Shown here in pieces: positions 54,790 to 63,277 of a DNA stretch of 64,000 bases. Origin of the DNA: an uncultured Oscillospiraceae bacterium (GTDB taxonomy: Bacteria; Bacillota; Clostridia; Oscillospirales; Ruminococcaceae); NCBI GenBank assembly GCA_902463265.1, contig CABQEV010000003.1, positions 92,242 through 156,241 of the forward strand, written 5' to 3'. The notes under the pieces were generated by a model. That model saw only the letters and a program-made list of their open reading frames with translations. It had not been told where the DNA came from and searched no databases. The translations under genes and the position numbers were made by a program. Each line of letters starts with the position of its first letter. Within the stretch, counting starts at the first letter, position 1.

Positions 54790-56448
54790 ATGGTAGGAAT
54801 TCATGAGAAGTATGTGACGGAAAAATACAATGCAGACGGCGAACTGACCGAATTAAAGATCAACTGTCCCGACAATTATAATTTTGCTTACGATGTCATT
54901 GATGAGCTTGGACGCCGCTCTCCCGATAAGAAGGCTATAATCTGGATCGGAGAGGACGGAACAGAGAAGATCTTCACATATGCCGATCTCATGAGAGAAT
55001 CAAACCGTGCAGCCAATATGTTCATTGCAAACGGTGTTAAAAAGGGCGACAAGGTGATATGCATCCTGAAGCGTCACTATCAGTTCTGGATAATCACAAT
55101 GGCACTCTGCAAGATAGGTGCTGTTCTTATCCCCGCAACAAATCAGCTGAAGAAAAAGGATTATATCTACCGCTTCAAGGCTGCTGATGTTGATTATATT
55201 GTTGCAACAGCTGACGGAGATGTTGCTGAAAATGTTGAGGCTGCACTCACAGAATACGATCTCCCAGGAAAGAAGTTTATCGTTCACGGAAACAGGGAAG
55301 GCTGGCTGAATTTTGACGATGAGTGCGCAAAGTACGGCGATTCCTTTGAGAGGATCGAGGGCAGCGCATACGATGATATGCTCCTCTACTTTACTTCCGG
55401 AACAACAGCATACCCTAAGATGGTAGTTCATAATCAGACATATACTCTTGCGCATATAATCACCGCAAAGCACTGGCATCATATCGACGACCACAGCCTG
55501 CACCTGACCGTTTCCGAGACAGGCTGGGGCAAGTGCATGTGGGGCAAGATGTACGGTCAGTTCCTGATGGAAGCATGCATTTTTATCTACGATTTCGACC
55601 GCTTCAATGCGCATGACCTGCTCGTAAAGATGGAAACTTACAAGGTAAATTCCTTCTGCGCACCCCCGACTATCTATCGTTTCCTTGTTAAGGAAGGTAT
55701 TGAAAATTACGATTTCTCGTCTCTCGAATATGCGACAACAGCAGGCGAGGCTCTGAACTTTGAGGTATATAAGAGATTCCTTGATTATACGGGACTCAAG
55801 CTGATGGAAGGCTTCGGTCAGACAGAGACTGTTCTCCTCGTTGCAAATCTTTTCGGCGCAAAGACAAAGCCCGGTTCTATGGGCCGTCCTGTTCCGCTGT
55901 TCGATATTGAGCTTATCAATGAGGACGGCAAGCCCTGTGAGGTCGGTGAGCCCGGTGAGATCTGCATAAAGATGAACGGAACTCATCCTATCGGCGTGTT
56001 CGACAGATATTACAAGGACGAGGCTGCAACAGCAACAGCATTCAGAAACGGCTATTATCATACCTGCGATACCGCATATAAGGACGAGGACGGTTTCTTC
56101 TGGTATGTGGGACGTACAGATGACGTTATCAAGTCTTCGGGATACAGAATAAGCCCGTTTGAGATAGAAAGCGTTCTCATGGAACATCCTGCGGTAAGAG
56201 AATGTGCCGTAACAGGCGTTCATGATGAGATCAGAGGAATTGTGGTAAAGGCAACGATCATTCTGACATCGGAATACAGCGACAAGGGCGATGACGCACT
56301 TAAAAAGGACATTCAGACCTACGTAAAAAACAACACCGCACCTTATAAATATCCGAGAGTTATCGAATTCGTTGACGAACTGCCTAAGACGATAAGCGGC
56401 AAGATCAGACGAGTTGAGATCCGTCAGAAGGATAATGAAAACAAATAA
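54790..56448 (+). CDS. AMP-binding acyl-CoA synthetase (medium-chain/acetyl-CoA synthetase-like)
   Basis: AMP-binding signature YFTSGTTAYPK. C-terminal GRTDDVIKSSGYRISPFEIE and PKTISGKIRR. Confidence 0.85.
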   Translation: MVGIHEKYVTEKYNADGELTELKINCPDNYNFAYDVIDELGRRSPDKKAIIWIGEDGTEKIFTYADLMRESNRAANMFIANGVKKGDKVICILKRHYQFWIITMALCKIGAVLIPATNQLKKKDYIYRFKAADVDYIVATADGDVAENVEAALTEYDLPGKKFIVHGNREGWLNFDDECAKYGDSFERIEGSAYDDMLLYFTSGTTAYPKMVVHNQTYTLAHIITAKHWHHIDDHSLHLTVSETGWGKCMWGKMYGQFLMEACIFIYDFDRFNAHDLLVKMETYKVNSFCAPPTIYRFLVKEGIENYDFSSLEYATTAGEALNFEVYKRFLDYTGLKLMEGFGQTETVLLVANLFGAKTKPGSMGRPVPLFDIELINEDGKPCEVGEPGEICIKMNGTHPIGVFDRYYKDEAATATAFRNGYYHTCDTAYKDEDGFFWYVGRTDDVIKSSGYRISPFEIESVLMEHPAVRECAVTGVHDEIRGIVVKATIILTSEYSDKGDDALKKDIQTYVKNNTAPYKYPRVIEFVDELPKTISGKIRRVEIRQKDNENK

Positions 56449-56470
56449 TTTCTTTTGAGGACATCATTTC

Positions 56471-56505
56471 ATGCCGCCGATTTTAACTGATCGGCGGCAT
56501 TTTTT
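56471..56505 (+). terminator. Intrinsic terminator after the acyl-CoA synthetase gene
   Basis: 10-bp perfect stem ATGCCGCCGA / TCGGCGGCAT followed by T5. Confidence 0.8.
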
Positions 56506-56516
56506 GGGGTGATAAT

Positions 56517-57020
56517 TTGAAAAAAGCGTCAAGGGTGATGTTTTACGGCTTCGAGTTTCTCTGCCTCGGTTTTATCGGCTGGCTTTATGAGATAATCGTA
56601 ACGCTGATACTTCACGGCAGATATGAGGACAGGGGAATGCTTGATATCCCCGTTTGCCCGATCTACGGCTTTTGCGGATTTGTGCTGCTGTTTATGTTTC
56701 GAAAGGTGAAAAATCCGTTTTACATATTCTTTGGTGCGGCGGCTGCGGTCACGGTGATCGAATATGCGGCATCGTATGTGCTGGAAACGTGGTTTCATCT
56801 CTATCTTTGGGATTATTATGAGTGGGTGCTGAACCTGAACGGCAGAGTTTCTCTGATAAGCAGCATGATATTCGGCGGACTGGCATTGCTGCTGATAAAG
56901 GTGCTTCACCCGCTTTCCGATAAGATATGTGAGAAACTTCCGAATTGGGCATCATTTGCGGCAGGATTTTGTTCGGTGCTGCTGATAGTCGGCGATCTTG
57001 CGGCTGTTATAATGAGATAG
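56517..57020 (+). CDS. Small polytopic membrane protein (PF06541/DUF1113-like, putative ABC-transporter type IV family)
   Basis: TTG start with a GGGGTGA RBS. FIGWLYEIIVTLILHG...GMLDIPVCPIYGFCGFVLL resembles this family. Confidence 0.6.
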   Translation: MKKASRVMFYGFEFLCLGFIGWLYEIIVTLILHGRYEDRGMLDIPVCPIYGFCGFVLLFMFRKVKNPFYIFFGAAAAVTVIEYAASYVLETWFHLYLWDYYEWVLNLNGRVSLISSMIFGGLALLLIKVLHPLSDKICEKLPNWASFAAGFCSVLLIVGDLAAVIMR

Positions 57021-57030
57021 GGGTGGGAAT

Positions 57031-58284
57031 ATGGACTTAAAAAAGGATATTTCAGTCAGGGAGATAATAAGCAGGATATGTTTTGCGGACAGAAAAAAGC
57101 TGCTGATATTTCTGTATATCGGTTCGCTGATAGTAAATCTGCTTTATTTCGCATACAGCAAAGAGCCGTGGCTTATGGGAAATCCCGGCGAGGATTTTGA
57201 TTCATATTTTTTTATCAATGCAGGAAAAATGCTGTTTTCTGATTTTGCGGGATTTGCGGATAAGTACGGAAGCATGCCTTATTACTGGATATATTTTGTC
57301 TTTATGGGACTTTATCTGAAGATATTCGGAGAGAACTTCACGGGACTTGTCATAATCCAGGGGATCATATACGCTGCATCAGTGCCGATTCTGTATCTTG
57401 CGGCAGAAAAGGTCACGAAGGACAGAAGGATACATTTCCTTGCATCTATGCTGTATATGTTCTGTTTTTCAACAGTCAGATGGACTACACTTGTCGGCAG
57501 TGATTTCCTTGGGGCAGCGTTCATGCCTGTCTGCCTGTATTTTCTGTTTTCATATCTCAATGATGATAATAAAAAGAAGGATCTTATCAAGCTGCTGATC
57601 TCACTTGTGCTGTATTTTCTGATGAGAACAAATGCGATCGTGTTTATCATATGCGCACTTATCGCTGTAATATGGAGCATGGGAAAAAAGGCGAGGATAA
57701 TTTTCGGATCGGCTGCGGGCGTTGTAGTTGCCGCTGTCGGTGCGCTGCTTCTTATTCCGGAAAGTGAAGTTATCCATTCGGTAAGGGATAATCTCTGGTA
57801 TTTTGATATGCTGTATCAAAACGGTGCGATAGTTAAAAATCTTTATACATATATATATGCCGCTGATGCTGAATACGGAACATTTCCGTTTTACTGGGCA
57901 TGTGCAGGAGTGGTATTCTACCGATTTTTCTATTATTGGACAGCAATAGATGTAGGAGTGAACAACGGCAGATTTTACCCGAGAACCACATATGCGATAA
58001 CGCATTATCTTCCGAATTTATATGTATTTTCGTCAATGTTCCTCGGAATGATAATCTGCAAATCACGCAAGGACAGGGAAGCCAAGAACATCGGACTTAT
58101 TTCGCGGATAATCTGGTGCTGCTGCATAGTTCAGATATTGTGCGAAATAAATCAGAACTGGCGTTACCGTGACATTATAATGCCGATGTGCTTTATTGTC
58201 TGCGCATACGGAACGATCAGATTTTATGATATGCTCAAAAAGCAGGACAAAACGGAGGATGAAACATGTTCTATGAACAGCTGA
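57031..58284 (+). CDS. Polytopic membrane protein, GT-C (ArnT/PMT-like) glycosyltransferase fold suspected
   Basis: 417 aa with roughly 11 hydrophobic helices. The family call is tentative. Confidence 0.55.
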   Translation: MDLKKDISVREIISRICFADRKKLLIFLYIGSLIVNLLYFAYSKEPWLMGNPGEDFDSYFFINAGKMLFSDFAGFADKYGSMPYYWIYFVFMGLYLKIFGENFTGLVIIQGIIYAASVPILYLAAEKVTKDRRIHFLASMLYMFCFSTVRWTTLVGSDFLGAAFMPVCLYFLFSYLNDDNKKKDLIKLLISLVLYFLMRTNAIVFIICALIAVIWSMGKKARIIFGSAAGVVVAAVGALLLIPESEVIHSVRDNLWYFDMLYQNGAIVKNLYTYIYAADAEYGTFPFYWACAGVVFYRFFYYWTAIDVGVNNGRFYPRTTYAITHYLPNLYVFSSMFLGMIICKSRKDREAKNIGLISRIIWCCCIVQILCEINQNWRYRDIIMPMCFIVCAYGTIRFYDMLKKQDKTEDETCSMNS

Positions 58285-58649
58285 TAAAGCTTTGCAGCAA
58301 AAACAATATAAATCCGTATTTTCTGATGCGTCAGCTCGGTGTGAATACCGATTGTCTGCGCAGGTGGGAAAAGGGCGGTGCGGTAAGCTCCGAGGTGCTT
58401 GTTCAGCTGTCGGATTTTTTCGGCGTGACGGTCGATTATCTGCTTTTCGGGAACCGCTCGGACAGCTCGCTTACTTTGGATAAATATGAGCGTGAGGCGG
58501 TTCTGAAGTTCCGCCTTCTTCAGCCTGAGGACAGGGGACGTATCCTTGAAAGAATGGAAGTCATGTACGAGGAATACAGGGCGAAGGACAGAAACACACA
58601 GACGCATCTTGCTTCGGGAAAGGCTACCGATATTGAATATTACGATTAA
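58266..58649 (+). CDS. XRE-family helix-turn-helix transcriptional regulator
   Basis: LMRQLGVNTDCLRRWEKGGAVSSEVLVQLSDFFGVTVDYLLFG is a classic HTH_XRE. Overlaps the upstream gene by 19 nt. Confidence 0.8.
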   Translation: MFYEQLIKLCSKNNINPYFLMRQLGVNTDCLRRWEKGGAVSSEVLVQLSDFFGVTVDYLLFGNRSDSSLTLDKYEREAVLKFRLLQPEDRGRILERMEVMYEEYRAKDRNTQTHLASGKATDIEYYD

Positions 58650-58690
58650 AAAAGGGACCGGTACTTTAGCGTATCGGTCCCGATGTTTTT
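58648..58690. terminator. Bidirectional intrinsic terminator
   Basis: GGGACCG / CGGTCCC stem flanked by A6 and T5, between convergent genes. Confidence 0.7.
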
Positions 58691-58694
58691 AGTA

Positions 58695-59786
58695 TTACTT
58701 TGCGATCTTTGCGTCGCAGAACTCGCAGATATATTCCTTGTCTGTTTCCGTGTAGGATTTTGGCAGATAGCTTTCCTTATGGGTGATGCACTTGGAATTC
58801 GGGCAGGTCAGTTCATTGTGAACCTTGCCTCTCAGCATGATCTGCGGAACAGGGTTCTCGCTTTCTTCGATCATTGTGAGGATAAGCGCCATTCTTGCGA
58901 ACATTCCGTACTTTGCCTGTTCGAAGAACTTTGTTCTCGGATCATCGTCTGTGTTTACGGGGATCTCTTCAAGACGGGGCAGCGGGTGAAGAACGATAAG
59001 GTCACTTTTTGCTTTTGCAAGCTTTTCATTGTCGAGGCAGTAAACATTTTTCAGACGCTCATATTCCTCCATGCTGGAGAAACGCTCCTGCTGAACTCTT
59101 GTCATATAAAGGACATCAAGACCGCCGATAGCTTCTTCAAGAGAGGGGATCTCTTCATATTTGCAGCCTCTTTCGTCAAGTATCTCCTTGACATATTCCG
59201 GCATTGAAAGCTCATCAGCGGAGATGAAAACGAATTTGTTGTCGGGATAGCGTGAAAGCGCCTTGCAGAGGGAATGAACGGTCCTTCCGTTTTTCAGGTC
59301 GCCGCAGAGACCTACTGTCAGACCTGTGAGACGGCCTTTTTCATGGGAGAGTGTGAGCAGGTCTGTGAGAGTCTGCGTCGGATGGAGATGTCCGCCGTCG
59401 CCTGCGTTTATGATCGGGCAGTCAGCGGTAAGGGAAGCTGCCTTCGCAGAGCCTTCCCACGGATTTCTCATAGCCATGATATCCGCATAGGAGCTTACGA
59501 TCTTTGTTGTATCTTTCAGGCTTTCGCCCTTTGCAACGGAAGATGTTTCGGGGTTATCGAAGCCGATGATAGTGCCTCCGAGTCTCAGCATAGCTGTCTG
59601 GAATGACATCTGTGTTCTTGTTGACGGCTCATAGAAAAGTGTCGCAAGGATCTTTCCGTCACATTTTTTTGCATATGCCTTAGGATCCTTTTTGATAGCA
59701 GTGCCGAGGGAAATAACCTTGTCCCACCATTCTCTTGGACGGTCGTCAAGGTCGATCAGATTCTGATAAGAAGAATTCATTTTCAT
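58695..59786 (-). CDS. pyrB: Aspartate carbamoyltransferase catalytic chain fused to a PyrI-type zinc-binding domain
   Basis: Contains EPSTRTQMSF, HLHPTQTLTDL, GRTVHSL and HPLPRLEEI (ATCase motifs). The C-terminal ~50 aa, LTCPNSKCITHKESYLPKSYTETDKEYICEFCDAKI, is a Cys4 domain as in PyrI. The start may be the second ATG at 59780, which is better spaced from GGAGG. Confidence 0.85.
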   Translation of the reverse strand: MKMNSSYQNLIDLDDRPREWWDKVISLGTAIKKDPKAYAKKCDGKILATLFYEPSTRTQMSFQTAMLRLGGTIIGFDNPETSSVAKGESLKDTTKIVSSYADIMAMRNPWEGSAKAASLTADCPIINAGDGGHLHPTQTLTDLLTLSHEKGRLTGLTVGLCGDLKNGRTVHSLCKALSRYPDNKFVFISADELSMPEYVKEILDERGCKYEEIPSLEEAIGGLDVLYMTRVQQERFSSMEEYERLKNVYCLDNEKLAKAKSDLIVLHPLPRLEEIPVNTDDDPRTKFFEQAKYGMFARMALILTMIEESENPVPQIMLRGKVHNELTCPNSKCITHKESYLPKSYTETDKEYICEFCDAKIAK

Positions 59787-59935
59787 TTCCTCCGTTAAAG
59801 AATAGTTTTCATACAGATTTTATTGTAGCAGATATTATGACTGTTTTCAACGCTATATTATTAACATTCTGGATAATTTGTCCGCATAATAAAATCCCGA
59901 TGGGAATAAATATTATAAAAAACGGAGATGATCTG

Positions 59936-60811
59936 ATGTTCATATGTATAAATCTGAAAAAAGCATTTAAAACCGTTATAGGCATCGCAGCGGCGGTGAT
60001 ATTGCTTGTCCCGTTTATCGGACTTATCAAGGGAAAATCGGTGTCTGCAATGGCTGAGGACAAGGGCATATTTCTCCCTGCGATCATGTATCACAGTGTG
60101 CTTATTGAGCCTGCAAGACAGGGAGCGTATGTCATAAGCCCCAAAATATTCGAAAGTGACATGAAATGGCTGTCGGACAACGGATATACCGCAGTTCTGA
60201 CGGACGATCTGACGGCATATACCGAAAAAGGCGCGTCGCTTCCCGAAAAGCCGATAATGATAACCTTTGACGATGGATTTTACAATAACGTGACCTATGC
60301 GCTGCCTGTTCTTGAAAAATACGGCATGAAGGCTGTGATATCGCCCGTCGGAAGCTACTGCGAGGAGTCGTCGGAAAGCGGCGATGCAAATCCCGCATAT
60401 GCATATCTGACGTGGGACGAGATCGCCGAATTAAAGGACAGCCCATATATTGAGATAGGAAATCACACATGGGATATGCATTCAACTGACGGCAGAAAAG
60501 GTTCAATGAAAAAGTGGAATGAATCGGAAACGGAATACAGAGCGGCTCTGACTGACGACCTTTCAAGACTTCAGACATCGCTTGCAGAAAAAAGCGGCGT
60601 TATGCCGAAGATCTATGCATATCCGTTCGGATATATTTCAAGGGAGAGCATTTCGGTGCTGAAAGAGCTGGGCTTCAAAGCGTCGCTGAACTGCTATGAA
60701 AAGCCGAATTATATAACCCGTGACCCTGACTGCCTTTTTTCAATAAACAGGTATAACCGTCCCGCCGATATATCGACTGAGGAGTTCTTTGCAAGGGTGA
60801 CGGCACAGTAA
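59936..60811 (+). CDS. Polysaccharide deacetylase family protein (NodB homology), membrane-anchored
   Basis: N-terminal TM, then ITFDDGFYNN and GNHTWDMH motifs. Start ATG 59936 has a GGAG RBS. The ORF-track extension to 59735 overlaps the pyrB promoter region. Confidence 0.8.
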   Translation: MFICINLKKAFKTVIGIAAAVILLVPFIGLIKGKSVSAMAEDKGIFLPAIMYHSVLIEPARQGAYVISPKIFESDMKWLSDNGYTAVLTDDLTAYTEKGASLPEKPIMITFDDGFYNNVTYALPVLEKYGMKAVISPVGSYCEESSESGDANPAYAYLTWDEIAELKDSPYIEIGNHTWDMHSTDGRKGSMKKWNESETEYRAALTDDLSRLQTSLAEKSGVMPKIYAYPFGYISRESISVLKELGFKASLNCYEKPNYITRDPDCLFSINRYNRPADISTEEFFARVTAQ

Positions 60812-60881
60812 AAAATTCTTGTATTCACATTTTATCCGATGTGTGATAGCATTGTCTTATAAGATGTGAAAGGAGAATTTT

Positions 60882-62132
60882 ATGGAATTTTCAGGTAAAC
60901 AATGGGAGATAATCAACGATCTCAGATTTGGGAATTTCCGCAGGATAAATCTTCTCGAAGGATCTGTCCGCTCAGGAAAAACGTTCATCAGCCTGGTGAT
61001 ATGGTGTCTGATCGTGCTTAGAAGTCCCAAAAACAGCACACTGCTTATGACCGGAAAAACACTTACAACGCTGAAAAGAAACGTGCTTGTTCCGCTTGCC
61101 GAGCTTATCGGAACGAGAAATTTTGTCGGATCTGCTGAGTCGAAGGAGGGTACGATCTTCGGGAGAAAGGTCTATTTTGAGGGTGCTGCCGACGAATCCG
61201 CAGAAAGCAAGATAAGAGGAATGACGCTTTATGCCGCATACTGCGACGAGCTGACGCTGTTTCCCGAGTCATTCTTTGCAATGATGCTGTCCCGTCTGTC
61301 TATGGACAATGCAATGCTGCTGGCAACGACAAATCCCGATCTGCCGAACCACTGGCTGATGAAGAATTATATCGAGCGCAGCAGGCGGGGAGAGCTGGAG
61401 ATGTACATAAAAAAGCTGACAATCGACGATAATCCGTTTCTTCCTGCGGACTATGTTTCAGAGCTGAAAAAGGAGTATACAGGTGTATTTTACCGCAGAT
61501 TTATCCTCGGTGAATGGTGTGCTGCGGAAGGTGCGGTCTATGCTGATTTTGCGGAGGATCCCGAGAAATTTCTGCTTGATGATGTGAAGCCGTCGGACAT
61601 TATCGAGGCGTATGTCGGAGTGGATTTCGGCGGGAACGGTTCGGCTCACGCATTTGTGCTGACGGGCGTGACAAGGCGGTTTGAGAAGGTCATAACGCTT
61701 GATGAATATTACAGGCGTGAGATGATCTCACCCGTTCAGCTGGAAAATGATTTTGTGGATTTCATCAGGCGGAATGTCGGAAAATACCGTATCTGCGACG
61801 TTTACTGCGACAGTGCCGAGCAAACGCTGATCCGCGGACTGAGAAATGCCGCAGAGCGTGCAAGGCTGCCGATTGAGATACATAATGCGAAAAAAGGTGC
61901 GATCAGCGAGAGAATTCGCCTGTATAATATGATGCTTGCGAGGGGACAGTTTTTCATTCTTAGGAAATGTGTGCATACTATTGAAGCGTTCAGATCGGCG
62001 GTCTGGGATGGCAGCAGCGGAAAGCGCCTTGACAACGGCAGCACTAACATCGACAGCCTTGATGCGCAGGAGTATTCCACCGAACATATCGCATATGACT
62101 TGACTAATATCCGCCGAAGTGGTACAATATAA
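60882..62132 (+). CDS. Phage terminase large subunit (PBSX/Terminase_3-like), isolated
   Basis: Walker A GSVRSGKT and Walker B YAAYCDELT. The RNase-H-like nuclease has acidic motifs VGVDFGG, YCDSAEQ and LDAQEY. AAAGGAG RBS. No other phage genes flank it. Confidence 0.8.
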   Translation: MEFSGKQWEIINDLRFGNFRRINLLEGSVRSGKTFISLVIWCLIVLRSPKNSTLLMTGKTLTTLKRNVLVPLAELIGTRNFVGSAESKEGTIFGRKVYFEGAADESAESKIRGMTLYAAYCDELTLFPESFFAMMLSRLSMDNAMLLATTNPDLPNHWLMKNYIERSRRGELEMYIKKLTIDDNPFLPADYVSELKKEYTGVFYRRFILGEWCAAEGAVYADFAEDPEKFLLDDVKPSDIIEAYVGVDFGGNGSAHAFVLTGVTRRFEKVITLDEYYRREMISPVQLENDFVDFIRRNVGKYRICDVYCDSAEQTLIRGLRNAAERARLPIEIHNAKKGAISERIRLYNMMLARGQFFILRKCVHTIEAFRSAVWDGSSGKRLDNGSTNIDSLDAQEYSTEHIAYDLTNIRRSGTI

Positions 62133-62204
62133 AAGCGGAGTATGTGCGTGTACTTTGCAATGTGTAAAATTAAGGAATATATTCAAAGGAATGGTGAAAT
62201 AAAT

Positions 62205-62954
62205 ATGACAGGAAGAATTCATTCTCTTGAGTCGTTCGGAACTGTTGACGGCCCCGGAGTAAGATTTGTTGTTTTCTTTCAGGGATGTCCGATGAGATGT
62301 CTTTACTGCCACAATCCCGATACATGGGAGTTCGGCGCAGGCACTGAAATGACTGTTGACGAGATCATGAGGGAATTTGACAAATGCAAGGAGTTTCTTG
62401 CAAACGGCGGTATTACCGCAACCGGCGGTGAACCTCTTGCGCAGCTTGACTTCCTTACAGAGCTGTTTGAAGCTGCAAAGGCTAAGGGTATACACACCTG
62501 CCTTGATACCTCGGGAATTACGTTCACGCCTAATCATACGGAAAAGTTTGAACGCCTTATCAAGTCCACCGATCTTGTAATGCTTGATATCAAGCATATT
62601 GATCCGCAGGAACATATTAAGCTGACTTCCCAGAAAAATGATAATATATTAAAATTTGCTGAATTTCTGAGAGATCATAACATAACAATGTGGATAAGAC
62701 ACGTTGTTGTTCCGGGCATCACGGATAACCCTGTTTATCTCAACAGGCTGGGACATTTTCTTGCGCATTTCAAGAATGTAAAGGCACTCGATGTCCTGCC
62801 GTATCACGACATGGGCAAGGTGAAGTATGAAAATCTCGGCATTGACTATCCGCTGAAGGATGTTGAACCGATGAGCAAGGACGACGCTGTAAAGTGCCGT
62901 GACATCATACTTCAGGGAATAAAGGACGAGCTTCACGGCATAAAAGCCGAATGA
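62205..62954 (+). CDS. pflA: Pyruvate formate-lyase activating enzyme (glycyl-radical activase, radical SAM)
   Basis: IHSLESFGTVDGPGVRFVVFFQGCPMRCLYCHNPDTW shows the typical N-terminus and CxxxCxxC cluster motif. Confidence 0.85.
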   Translation: MTGRIHSLESFGTVDGPGVRFVVFFQGCPMRCLYCHNPDTWEFGAGTEMTVDEIMREFDKCKEFLANGGITATGGEPLAQLDFLTELFEAAKAKGIHTCLDTSGITFTPNHTEKFERLIKSTDLVMLDIKHIDPQEHIKLTSQKNDNILKFAEFLRDHNITMWIRHVVVPGITDNPVYLNRLGHFLAHFKNVKALDVLPYHDMGKVKYENLGIDYPLKDVEPMSKDDAVKCRDIILQGIKDELHGIKAE

Positions 62955-62963
62955 CCGCAGGGG

Positions 62964-62995
62964 ACCGTACACGGATAAAGTGTGCGGTTCTTTTT
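62964..62995 (+). terminator. Intrinsic terminator after pflA
   Basis: ACCGTACAC / GTGTGCGGT stem (one G-U pair) followed by TCTTTTT. Confidence 0.65.
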
Positions 62996-63146
62996 ATAAA
63001 TGTTCCAATAACAAAAATTTTTTCGCCGCTGCTGCTTTTTTTTCGAGGCAATGGGAGCGGATCGTCATTGCACAGCTTTTATTTGACATTAAAAATATAA
63101 CATTCCGAAATATTTTGTGTTCTTGCATATGTAACAGATGATTTTT

Positions 63147-63161
63147 TTGTAAACGTTACCA
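63147..63161 (+). promoter_or_regulatory. cre-like (CcpA/LacI-family) operator
   Basis: TTGTAAACGTTACCA fits every fixed position of the cre consensus WTGNAANCGNWNNCW. It lies 18 nt upstream of the -35 box. Confidence 0.4.
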
Positions 63162-63178
63162 AAACTTTCGTAAATCGC

Positions 63179-63207
63179 TTGACTTTTATTATTCGTTATG
63201 ATACAAT
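63179..63207 (+). promoter_or_regulatory. Sigma-A promoter of the solute-binding protein gene
   Basis: TTGACT (63179-63184), 17 nt, TACAAT (63202-63207). Confidence 0.55.
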
Positions 63208-63277
63208 CAAGTAAATTAATTAAAAAGCACATGGCTTTTTTGTGCAATATGTAATAATTAAGGAGATGTTTGTAAAA

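Noticed and set aside
55000-56223. 407-aa minus-strand ORF antisense to the acyl-CoA synthetase gene. Similar cases are 16116-16895 (antisense to zupT), 44583-45290 (antisense to ilvD) and 61728-62615 (spanning the terminase/pflA junction).
   Set aside because: All are antisense to genes with clear family motifs, have Cys/Arg/His-rich low-plausibility sequences, and lack start-site signals. One crosses an intergenic region and a terminator.
59787-59935. I looked for a PyrR-binding attenuator (UCCAGAGAGG-type loop) in the pyrB leader.
   Set aside because: No match beyond a stray CCAGA, and no terminator/antiterminator pair is visible.
60812-62204. The terminase gene might mark a prophage or genomic island.
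   Set aside because: There is no small terminase, portal, capsid, tail, integrase, repressor or lysis gene. I also saw no flanking direct repeats or adjacent tRNA, and no obvious compositional break. I report it only as an orphan gene.
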